Part shown: piece after piece, positions 8,743 to 16,617 of the stretch
How the letters are laid out: each line of letters opens with the position of its first letter
Numbering within the stretch: the first letter of the stretch is position 1
Assembly: GCA_021160885.1 (NCBI GenBank)
Contig: JAGHBR010000181.1
Location: forward strand, 1-35,681
Source: Caldisericaceae bacterium
Lineage (GTDB): Bacteria > Calditrichota > Calditrichia > Calditrichales > Calditrichaceae
DNA: 35,681 bases
Direction: 5' to 3'
Program-made: the position numbers and the translations under genes
The notes under the pieces: model-generated
Told to the model about the DNA's origin: nothing
Seen by the model: only the letters and a program-made list of their open reading frames with translations
Databases searched by the model: none

Positions 8743-8790
8743 AATTTATCAATTGTGCAATTGACTCTTTTTCAGGTTCATAAAACAGAG

Positions 8791-11004
8791 TTAGCGTAAT
8801 AAGGTCATTTTTCCTATCAGCTGATGTTTCCCGGCTTTAATTCGGTAAAAATAGATTCCGGAGCTTTGCAATTTACCATGCGCATCCCGGGCATCCCAGG
8901 TCAAAGTTTGCATGCCTTGTGCTAACTTCCCACGTAAAAGAGTCCGAATTTTTTTGCCGTTTAGATTAAATATTTCAACCGTAACTTGCTGTGGCCTGGC
9001 CAAAAAGAATTTGATTGTTGTATTTGGATTGAATGGATTTGGATAATTGGTTAATAGTTTAATATCCGTTACTGTTTTTGTGCTCGGATTTTGAACAGTT
9101 GTTGTTTTTAATAACTCAACCGTTCCATCCAAACTGACCAGGTACAATCGGTACCATAAATACGCCTCTTGTGTTGTAAGCGTGTCTGTATAAAAATATT
9201 CATGAAAAGCCGGACTGCTTCCGGCGGCTGAAATTAAGCTTTTGTTTATCTTTTTAAATTCAGAATTGACCGGCAAAATACTGTCCTCACCTTCTGCGCG
9301 GAACAAATTAAAACCAAGTGTGTTGACTTCGCTTTCCGTTTTCCAGCTTAAATTTACCCTGTTTTTTTCGCTTCTGGCGGTAAAACTAGCCAGAGTGACT
9401 GGCAACGAGTAATCGCCGTTCTCTGCAAAAACCAACACACGGTAAACCGTGGGCGTTTCGTTGGCATAAAGTTTAAGCGTGTGGCCACCACCCGCAACCG
9501 TATCTTTAATGAGTACTGTTTTTACATCACCATGCAAGGCATTGCCTACAAAGCCTTTATCGCTCCCCCAACCAAAATCCGTATTATCTAATTCAATTCG
9601 CAATTCATCGTCATCAGTACTGTCAATATTGGCATTTTTGTGATCCCAGCCAGGTTCATGATCTGCACTGGCGCTAACGTAAATAGCTATGGGACCAGCA
9701 TCACAATTGAATGAAAATTGTTTCCACAAATAATTATCGCTTCCGGAAGGCGCTGTTTCGTTCAGCGTTTGGTCCAAAACCAGCGATCCCTCAAAAGAGT
9801 TTAAAACATTCACGTCGTAAAGGATCGGCGTGGTCTGGCTGTACAGCTTAATGGTATGATTGCCGGCCGCAAGAAGAGGCGTAAATACAAGCGTTTTTGG
9901 CAATCCATCATCCACATCACCGTTCCAGCTATTTAGATTGTCGTAACCATAATCCGTGGCATCAACCACCACTTTCAGATCATCGTCTCCGTCATAACCG
10001 TCATAGGTTTCTGCTTTAGCCGTAATTATAACAAAAGTATTCCCGGTGTTGGTGTCAAAGGAATAGGTTTTCCACAAGCCATCGCTCACGCCATCATCTA
10101 TTTCGCTTTCATAATTTCGTAAACGCAAAAAATCAGAAGCATCTACCGGAGATACCGAATAACTGGGGTCATAGCCATCTTTACGAATTTCCACAAAATC
10201 CACGATAAAACTACTCGTTCCCAGCCAGCCGTTGTAAAACACTTCAATGGTATCTGGCAAACTTTGCGGTGTACGATCAATAAAGTGATAAACCAAATTG
10301 TCATTCCAGCAATGGAATTCATAATCTCTGGTAATGATACTCGCTGGTGTAAAATCAGAAGGGGTAATTCTTTGAATCAAAGTACCATCCACGTAATGTT
10401 CATAATAACCAGTGCTGGTTCCACCTGAATATCTAACCACCCGATACGTATGCCACTGAGTATTGTCAATTGTTGACAAATTCGTGTACTTATCATTTTG
10501 ATCGTTCACACCGTTTACGGTTCGGGCCCGCCACCAGGTTTCATCGGCAGCCCACGAAGAATCATGATAGGCCGTTTGTTCAATAAACCAGACACTTTGA
10601 TTTATGGTAATCGGCAATTTTTCAGAACGCCAGGTGCCCCATCCTCTACTACCAACTGGCAAACTATTTAATGTTTTAATTCTTATTTTAGCTTCCAGAA
10701 CCATTGATTTATCATAAATCTGGTATGTGGTTGAGGCAAACCCGATATTCTCCATACCATCACTACCCACCAATCTTCCACCAGGTTGGCCGTCTAAAGG
10801 ATCAACTAAATCGGCCTTTAGATAGCCGTTATTAATTGTTAATTGATGTTGTGAACCGGAACTGGGAGAAATATTAATCTTCCACCAACTATTAAGAGAG
10901 GTTCCTGTAAAATCATCGCGCTGTAAATCCGGGACAATGTAAGTTTGTCCCAAAACAGCTTGCAGCAATAAAAAGAGGATTAGGCCCAATCTCTTAATAA
11001 ACAT
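8791..11004 (-). CDS. Secreted protein: ConA/GH16-like beta-sandwich, two Asp-rich repeats, LPVTL domain and T9SS-type/FlgD-Ig C-terminal sorting domain (paralog A)
   Basis: Signal peptide MFIKRLGLILFLLLQAVLG|Q. Motifs GSRGWGTW, WHTYR and FHCWNDN. DYSLPVTLASFTAR...LSWKTESEVNTLGFNLFR, then NYPNPFNPNTTIKF...SSGIYFYRI...KMTLLR. Confidence 0.85.
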   Translation of the reverse strand: MFIKRLGLILFLLLQAVLGQTYIVPDLQRDDFTGTSLNSWWKINISPSSGSQHQLTINNGYLKADLVDPLDGQPGGRLVGSDGMENIGFASTTYQIYDKSMVLEAKIRIKTLNSLPVGSRGWGTWRSEKLPITINQSVWFIEQTAYHDSSWAADETWWRARTVNGVNDQNDKYTNLSTIDNTQWHTYRVVRYSGGTSTGYYEHYVDGTLIQRITPSDFTPASIITRDYEFHCWNDNLVYHFIDRTPQSLPDTIEVFYNGWLGTSSFIVDFVEIRKDGYDPSYSVSPVDASDFLRLRNYESEIDDGVSDGLWKTYSFDTNTGNTFVIITAKAETYDGYDGDDDLKVVVDATDYGYDNLNSWNGDVDDGLPKTLVFTPLLAAGNHTIKLYSQTTPILYDVNVLNSFEGSLVLDQTLNETAPSGSDNYLWKQFSFNCDAGPIAIYVSASADHEPGWDHKNANIDSTDDDELRIELDNTDFGWGSDKGFVGNALHGDVKTVLIKDTVAGGGHTLKLYANETPTVYRVLVFAENGDYSLPVTLASFTARSEKNRVNLSWKTESEVNTLGFNLFRAEGEDSILPVNSEFKKINKSLISAAGSSPAFHEYFYTDTLTTQEAYLWYRLYLVSLDGTVELLKTTTVQNPSTKTVTDIKLLTNYPNPFNPNTTIKFFLARPQQVTVEIFNLNGKKIRTLLRGKLAQGMQTLTWDARDAHGKLQSSGIYFYRIKAGKHQLIGKMTLLR

Positions 11005-11016
11005 GCCTGCTACTCT

Positions 11017-12876
11017 CTATTTTAATAAGATAATCTTTCGTATTTTTTCTTGATTTTTGAATTTTAATCTACAGAAATAAATGCCTGAGGCAAGCCGACT
11101 ATCGGCGTTCCATTTTACTTTATAACTGCCGGCTGCTAACTGTTTATTAAGCAAATTTTCTACCAGTCGACCATTCACATCCAGAATTTGCAATACAACC
11201 TGGCCGGAATGAGGAATTTCAAAGGGAATGGTCGTTGAAGGATTAAATGGATTGGGATAATTAGCCGCCAGCTGGAATTGCTTAACAGGATTGTTCTTAA
11301 CCACCTTAATAGTACTGGCATTTTCTTTATTTTCTACATAAACCACCACATTGTAAACCGTTGGCGTCTCATTGGCATACAATTTTAGTGTGTGTGTTCC
11401 AGCCGGTAAATCTTGCATGATTAAAATCGTCTTGCTGTCACCAAAGAGTCGGTTTCCCATCATGGCGCTATCGGCGCCCCAGCCATAATCGAAATCATCA
11501 ATCATGATGCGCAGTTCATCATCATCGGTACTGTCAATGTTGAAATTCAGGTAATCCCAACCTGATTCTTCATCTGCGCTGCCACTGAGGTAAACGGCAA
11601 CCATACCGGAATCACAGTTAAAAGTAAAAGTCTTCCATAAATAATTATTACTGCCCGAGGGCGCTGTTTCATTCAGTTGTTGGTTAATTACCAATTCACC
11701 ATTGGCAGATTCTAAAACCGTGGCGTCGTAAAGAACGGGCGTGGATTCACTGTAAAAACTTAACTGATGGCTACCAGCGGTTAGAACAGTGTCAATAATA
11801 ATTGTTTTCGGGGAACCATTGTCGGTGTCGCCATCCCAGCTACGCGTTGTGTTGTAGCCAAAATCTTTGCTATCCAGAACCATTTTCAAATCATCGTCAT
11901 CATCGTAACTACCCAGATTCTCCGCTTTAGCTGTTGCCAAAATCACGCATCGACCGCCACTAACCGTAAAATTAAAAGGACCTTTCCACAGGCCGTCTGT
12001 CACGCCATTATCAATTTCGTTAATGACTTCACGCAGCCGAACCGGCCCCTGAGGTGTTACAGAATGACCATAATGGTACTTGCCTTTCATTATCTCCACA
12101 AAATCCACAATGAATGTACAGGTACCAAGCCAGCCATTGTAATAAACCTCAATGGTGTCCTGACCGGAATAGGCATTTTGCGTATGGTGGTAAACCAGGT
12201 TATCATTCCAGCAATTAAAGCCATAATCTTCATTTAAAATATCACCTAAATCATCTGGCGTGGCATGAACCAGCGGTGTCGGATCATCATCAACATACAA
12301 TTCGTAAAATTCTCTACCCTGCCGATAAATGCGATAATAATGCCATTCTTGAGGCGAAACAGGAGGCACAACCTTTACTTCATTAGACTCCGAAACTCCG
12401 CGTGATATTCTGCCGTACCACCAGTTTTCTGAATCGGCCCAGGGGTAAGACGTATCGGTCACCTGTTCCATGAACCATGAAGCCTGATTAATCTTAATTG
12501 GCACGGCCTCGGAATGCCATAAGCCATAGCCTCTGCTACCGGGCAACAATGGTGTTAAATACTTGATCCGGATGCGCACATCAATCGTATCATCTTTACT
12601 GTACACCATCATGGTGTAAGCGGTACTGAAGCCAATATTCTCCATGCCTGTTCCATCAAATTGTAAAGATCCGCCTGCCCCGCCATTCAAGGCATTTGAT
12701 AAATTGGCTAAAAAGTAACCATTAGAAAGCTCCCAGGAATGATTAATGCCCCAGATATTAATCGACCACCAGCTCTTTAAATTTTTAAAATCATCCCGTT
12801 GCAGATTCGGCACAATATAGGTCTGACCATGTAAAAATGAAATAATACTGATTAAAATTAACCACTTGCGCATCAT
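11017..12876 (-). CDS. Secreted protein: beta-sandwich, two Asp-rich repeats and T9SS-type C-terminal sorting domain (paralog B)
   Basis: Signal peptide followed by QTYIVPNLQRDDF (paralog A has QTYIVPDLQRDDF). Shares GMENIGF, GSRG[WY]G.W, CWNDNLVYH, DTIEV.YNGWLGT, NIDSTDDDELRI and HTLKLYANETPTVY with A. Ends NYPNPFNPSTTIPF...ASGIYFCRL...KIILLK. Confidence 0.85.
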   Translation of the reverse strand: MMRKWLILISIISFLHGQTYIVPNLQRDDFKNLKSWWSINIWGINHSWELSNGYFLANLSNALNGGAGGSLQFDGTGMENIGFSTAYTMMVYSKDDTIDVRIRIKYLTPLLPGSRGYGLWHSEAVPIKINQASWFMEQVTDTSYPWADSENWWYGRISRGVSESNEVKVVPPVSPQEWHYYRIYRQGREFYELYVDDDPTPLVHATPDDLGDILNEDYGFNCWNDNLVYHHTQNAYSGQDTIEVYYNGWLGTCTFIVDFVEIMKGKYHYGHSVTPQGPVRLREVINEIDNGVTDGLWKGPFNFTVSGGRCVILATAKAENLGSYDDDDDLKMVLDSKDFGYNTTRSWDGDTDNGSPKTIIIDTVLTAGSHQLSFYSESTPVLYDATVLESANGELVINQQLNETAPSGSNNYLWKTFTFNCDSGMVAVYLSGSADEESGWDYLNFNIDSTDDDELRIMIDDFDYGWGADSAMMGNRLFGDSKTILIMQDLPAGTHTLKLYANETPTVYNVVVYVENKENASTIKVVKNNPVKQFQLAANYPNPFNPSTTIPFEIPHSGQVVLQILDVNGRLVENLLNKQLAAGSYKVKWNADSRLASGIYFCRLKFKNQEKIRKIILLK

Positions 12877-13913
12877 TAACTCCTAAGTTTTTGCAATAAA
12901 AATTTCATTGCAAAATTTTCAGTTAAAATTTTAACCGAATATAAACGTCGGATTAAGATTTGAAAAAGCAAAAGTATTGCAAATGGTAAATAGTAAAAAA
13001 CTAATATCAAATTTAAAAATATTGGCAACCCAACTGAAGGATAAGCATGATGCAGAAATTGATTAAGGCTTCTCTCTTCAGCATGAAACGGATTTACACG
13101 CCATTGACGTTTGTCAACTAAAAACCAGCCAAGCCCCACAAAGTAAATAGCAGCCGTAATCCAACACAACCATTTTGCGATAAATCGATCAAAATTTACA
13201 CTAAACAAAATCTGTAGCAGAACAACAGCCAGTAATAATTTTTCAAGTTGTAAACTGATAAAAAATAAATTTTGCACATGCCGAAAGCCCTTACTTACCG
13301 CAAATGTTTGTGTACCTGTTTTTAAATCGTTCTCATAATCTTCCAACTGGTGATTGACATCCGAAGAGAGACCACGTAAAAACACATAAGCCAAAAGGCT
13401 AATAAGGAAAGGCACATGCCAAAAATTAAAAACGGAAAAAAGAATCAAAACGGGTAATAAGCGTTGAGCCAGCACCACAAAAATAATATTGGCTGTGCCA
13501 CGCTCTTTTAAGCGAATGGGAGGTAAACTGTAAAAGCTTGTGATTAAAAACCAGAGCAAAGTCAACCCTACAAAATATGGACGATCCCAAAAGGGAAGGC
13601 TGGTTAATAAAGCTAAAAGAAAGATCAACGCCACAACCAATACAGCTTTGGTCTTTGAATCTTTTTCAAACGTATTGGATTTACCATGTTGCCGATCGAG
13701 TTCCATGTCCGAGTAATCATTAACTAAATAACCGTAAGTTGTGGCAAATATGCTGAACAAAATAAAAAGCAAACTGTCTTTTAAAAATACTAAATCCCTT
13801 TTCTGGTCCACCAGCGCAATCAAAAACAAAATAAAGAAATTTTCAAAAACCGAATTGTAGCGGAAAACGGCCCAATTACGCCAGCCCATGTATTTGTTAA
13901 TCCAATGAAACAT
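12876..13913 (-). CDS. UbiA-superfamily intramembrane prenyltransferase
   Basis: Multi-pass membrane protein. First Asp motif YGYLVNDYSDMELDRQHGK (NDxxDxxxD), YSLPPIRLKERG loop, second motif NHQLEDYENDLKTGTQTFAV. Confidence 0.88.
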   Translation of the reverse strand: MFHWINKYMGWRNWAVFRYNSVFENFFILFLIALVDQKRDLVFLKDSLLFILFSIFATTYGYLVNDYSDMELDRQHGKSNTFEKDSKTKAVLVVALIFLLALLTSLPFWDRPYFVGLTLLWFLITSFYSLPPIRLKERGTANIIFVVLAQRLLPVLILFSVFNFWHVPFLISLLAYVFLRGLSSDVNHQLEDYENDLKTGTQTFAVSKGFRHVQNLFFISLQLEKLLLAVVLLQILFSVNFDRFIAKWLCWITAAIYFVGLGWFLVDKRQWRVNPFHAEERSLNQFLHHAYPSVGLPIFLNLILVFYYLPFAILLLFQILIRRLYSVKILTENFAMKFLLQKLRS

Positions 13914-14126
13914 CTGAAGCCCTGCTAATATATTTTTCCTTTTCTAAAATAATGTGGCTAACAAAGAAAGACTTTGCTTTTTATCACGAGTTTAAAAAAA
14001 TTTTAATTTGCAACTCAAAGTAATGCTTTAAAAGCTCAACATGCTTAAGTTTGCAAAGGTTTAGAATTTGAGTTCTGAATTACATGTTTTGAACTTAAAA
14101 TATAAATAAACATGATAGGCCTTTGG

Positions 14127-14231
14127 TAAATAGTTGAATAGTTGAATGGTTAAATGGTTGAATGGACTCATGATATTAATAATTTCTGAGTAAGTTCATT
14201 CAACATTTAACATTCAAAATTCAAAATTCTT
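14127..14231. repeat. 8-mer (TGAATRGT) array facing a 7-mer (ATTCAAM) array, together forming a long imperfect palindrome
   Basis: taaatagt tgaatagt tgaatggt taaatggt tgaatgga, then attcaac atttaac attcaaa attcaaa. The reverse complement of ttgaatggttaaatggttgaatg (cattcaaccatttaaccattcaa) matches cattcaac-atttaac-attcaa, and there is an inner actca/tgagt stem. Confidence 0.75.
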
Positions 14232-14267
14232 TGATAGAGCTGCGGCCTGGTTATATTGGAATTTTAT

Positions 14268-15764
14268 CTATTTAAACCGGAAGAGTATTAAACGATGTAA
14301 AAGTGGTTTTCCTTCACTCTTCAACTTGAGCTGAAGGCGCCTGGCATTTGTTTCGAACTCAAATAATTTTGTGTGCGCCTGCCCAAAGATGCGATTCCCA
14401 CAAAACTCCAGCGTTTTAATCTGATTCCCTGATTGGTCACTTAATACAAGCTGCAAATCATCATCTTCATCTGCAAGAACCGAAATTGGCGTTATTTGAT
14501 TAAATCGGGGCGCTTCTTTAAGCGTGGCTGCCAGGTAAAGCAGAAACTTGCCTTTCTGTTCTAAATCGATTTGATATTCAACCATTTTGTCCACAAGTAG
14601 AATGTTTTGTTTGTCAAGCAAAATCTCACTTTCATCGCCATTGATTAAAAGGATATCATTTACTACCGGACTCGTTTGCCCTCTTACGGTTAATTGGTGT
14701 TTGCCTGGTGCAAGCTCCAGAGAAAACAAACTCGTCTTGCTTAAATTGTGCGTGTCATTTCCTTTTAAAACAATCTCCTCTGCAGCATTGTCATCAAAAT
14801 AAAAGAACAATGCATCCTGTTCATCGTAGTTACTGTAATTTTCAAGGCATGTTGTTAGTATAGCGTAAACCTTTTGTCCTTTTAAATTAAAAGGGATTTG
14901 AGCAATCGTAAATTTCCCCTGTCCATAAAAAACATCATTCCATGTACGATAAGCCAAAATGGCCTGATTTTTACTTTGAAAAATCTCCGCTTTTGCTAAG
15001 GCGCTTGTATTGATTTTGACGTAATCAACCAGCATGGCGCTTTCCCCTGTCCAGGCCATACGTAAAATGCCATTTTTTGAATAGACCTGGTTGTCAATCC
15101 ACAGGTGAAAAGACAATCTTCCAGCAGGCGTCAGTCCAGGAGTTTTTAAAATCAACTGGTCGTCAACCCAAAAAAAAGTAATTTTATTAACCAAATCGCG
15201 TTCAATGCGGTACACATGCCAGCGATTTAAATCGGGTTGCCACTTAACGGTTTGACGTCGATTTTTTACAACGGTGCCTGCCAATTGCCAGGAAAATTGT
15301 GGTGCATTTGGAGCCAACTGTTCCATGAACCAGGCCAGAGAATGAATTTTAGCCTTTTTCCTGCTTTTCCACAATCCCCAGCCTCTGCTGCCGGCCTGCA
15401 TGGGATTTAGTAATTTAATTCTTGCTTCGGTGACCAGCTTTTTAACTGATTTTCCGTAAATATTCTGAAATTCAGAAATACCAACATTACACTCCAGATT
15501 TTGCACTGGATTTTTCAGAGAAATACGTAAATAACCTTTTCCATTTACAATGGCCAGTTCATCCTGCGCGGCAGTTCCGTCACGATGGTAATCCCACCAA
15601 CCGTGAATTTGGTTAAAGTCGTCGAATTTTACAGATAAAATCTGAGACTGGCTTTTAAGAGAGGCAAAACCGCAAGCAACTAAAAAAGCGCCTAAAACTA
15701 AAACAGACCTGCAGTTTACAGGCCCATTTAAATTAAAATGCAATTTGTAGAACCTACCGAACAC
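14268..15764 (-). CDS. Exported, possibly lipoprotein, divergent paralog C of the beta-sandwich plus duplicated Asp-rich module family, lacking the C-terminal sorting domain
   Basis: GSRGWGLW, AWFMEQ, WHVYRI, FHLWIDNQVY, VDYVKI, ENYSNYDEQDAL, GKHQLTV...SPV and DEDDDLQL...GNRIFG...T all align by eye with paralogs A and B. A hydrophobic stretch ends in LVAC. The GTG start at 15764 is uncertain. Confidence 0.8.
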   Translation of the reverse strand: MFGRFYKLHFNLNGPVNCRSVLVLGAFLVACGFASLKSQSQILSVKFDDFNQIHGWWDYHRDGTAAQDELAIVNGKGYLRISLKNPVQNLECNVGISEFQNIYGKSVKKLVTEARIKLLNPMQAGSRGWGLWKSRKKAKIHSLAWFMEQLAPNAPQFSWQLAGTVVKNRRQTVKWQPDLNRWHVYRIERDLVNKITFFWVDDQLILKTPGLTPAGRLSFHLWIDNQVYSKNGILRMAWTGESAMLVDYVKINTSALAKAEIFQSKNQAILAYRTWNDVFYGQGKFTIAQIPFNLKGQKVYAILTTCLENYSNYDEQDALFFYFDDNAAEEIVLKGNDTHNLSKTSLFSLELAPGKHQLTVRGQTSPVVNDILLINGDESEILLDKQNILLVDKMVEYQIDLEQKGKFLLYLAATLKEAPRFNQITPISVLADEDDDLQLVLSDQSGNQIKTLEFCGNRIFGQAHTKLFEFETNARRLQLKLKSEGKPLLHRLILFRFK

Positions 15765-16614
15765 GTTGAATCAGATATTCGCTTAATTCTCTTAAACCGG
15801 CGGCCCTTTCGCCAAAAATATTGAGAGCTTTTTCCGCTTTCTGGTGGTATTCCTGCAAATATTTTTTGGCTTCTTCCATTCCTACCAACTTGACAAAGTT
15901 CATGCGGTCATGTTCAAGATTTTTACCAACAACTTTTTCCTCGCCAATCATATCCAACATATCATCCACAATCTGGAAAGCAAAACCAATGTCGTCCGAA
16001 AAATCCTGAATGGCTTTGGTTTGCTTTTCATCGGCATGACCAATGATGGCCGCAATTTTACCGGCGGCAGAAAAAAGAGCGGCTGTTTTCTTTTGATTGA
16101 TGAATTCAATGATTTCAAAATTAACGTGTTTGTCTTTGATTTTAAGATCCACAAACTGCCCGGCGGCCAATCCATTAAAGCCAAAAGAAGCGCTAAGCAC
16201 CTGCCCCACTTTCAATCGTTCTTCAGGAGTCAAATTTTCGTCAGACAGAACCAGTTGCATACCTTCAGAGATCAATCCGATACTGGCCAAAAGGGCTACA
16301 TCCTGCCCAAAAACTACATGGTTGGCCGGTTTTCCGCGACGTAATTGCGAATCATCCATGTAAGGCAGGTCATCCATTATCAACGAAGCAGCATGAATCA
16401 GTTCAATAGCGCAAGCTGGCTGAATCAAGCGTTCTTCCGGCACATCAAATAATTCACCCGTAAAAAACACAAAAATAGCCCGTATTCGTTTACCACCTGC
16501 TGCCGAATAAGCGGCCGATTTATAAAGCGCTTCAATAAGCGGGTTGTCATTCTGTAATCGCTTATCAATTTCATCATCGATTAAGCGCTTAATATGTTGC
16601 ATTTTCTCTTTCAT
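15754..16614 (-). CDS. crtE: Short-chain trans-isoprenyl diphosphate synthase, CrtE/type II GGPP synthase-like
   Basis: GGKRIR, FARM HAASLIMDDLPYMDDSQLRRGKP, GQFVD, KT and SARM FQIVDDMLD. Ala and Ser at -5/-4 before the FARM, plus the two-residue insertion, fit a GGPP synthase better than IspA (HAYSLIHDD). Confidence 0.88.
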   Translation of the reverse strand: MKEKMQHIKRLIDDEIDKRLQNDNPLIEALYKSAAYSAAGGKRIRAIFVFFTGELFDVPEERLIQPACAIELIHAASLIMDDLPYMDDSQLRRGKPANHVVFGQDVALLASIGLISEGMQLVLSDENLTPEERLKVGQVLSASFGFNGLAAGQFVDLKIKDKHVNFEIIEFINQKKTAALFSAAGKIAAIIGHADEKQTKAIQDFSDDIGFAFQIVDDMLDMIGEEKVVGKNLEHDRMNFVKLVGMEEAKKYLQEYHQKAEKALNIFGERAAGLRELSEYLIQRVR

Positions 16615-16617
16615 GAG

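Noticed and set aside
8640-8744. N-terminal 35 aa of the 276-aa ORF (MKPLKKSLRMSFPRKRES...)
   Set aside because: This is the translation of the MITE and its palindrome, and is probably not part of the native protein.
8749-8764. TCAATTG-tg-CAATTGA palindrome next to the MITE
   Set aside because: It is short and AT-rich with no second instance seen, which is not enough to call a regulatory site.
12876-13913. Specific call as DGGGP synthase, MenA, 4-hydroxybenzoate UbiA or DPPR synthase
   Set aside because: There is no GGGP synthase or quinone gene nearby, and the RP(I/L)xxG segment after the first Asp motif, typical of several of these clades, is absent. The subfamily cannot be assigned by eye.
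8791-15764. Calling the three paralogs GH16 glycoside hydrolases
   Set aside because: The ExDxxE/ExDxE catalytic motif is not present at the expected position; only the general jelly-roll pattern is similar.
15844-16344. 166-aa plus-strand ORF and the many other 60-122 aa ORFs lying within long genes
   Set aside because: They are antisense or alternate-frame shadows of well-supported genes and have no recognisable motifs.
2742-16614. Standard carotenoid cluster (crtE, crtC, crtX-like GT, lycopene elongase-like UbiA)
   Set aside because: There is no phytoene synthase, desaturase or lycopene cyclase in the window, and the CrtC-like protein lacks the HxW His. This cannot be fully excluded if crtB/crtI lie elsewhere in the genome.
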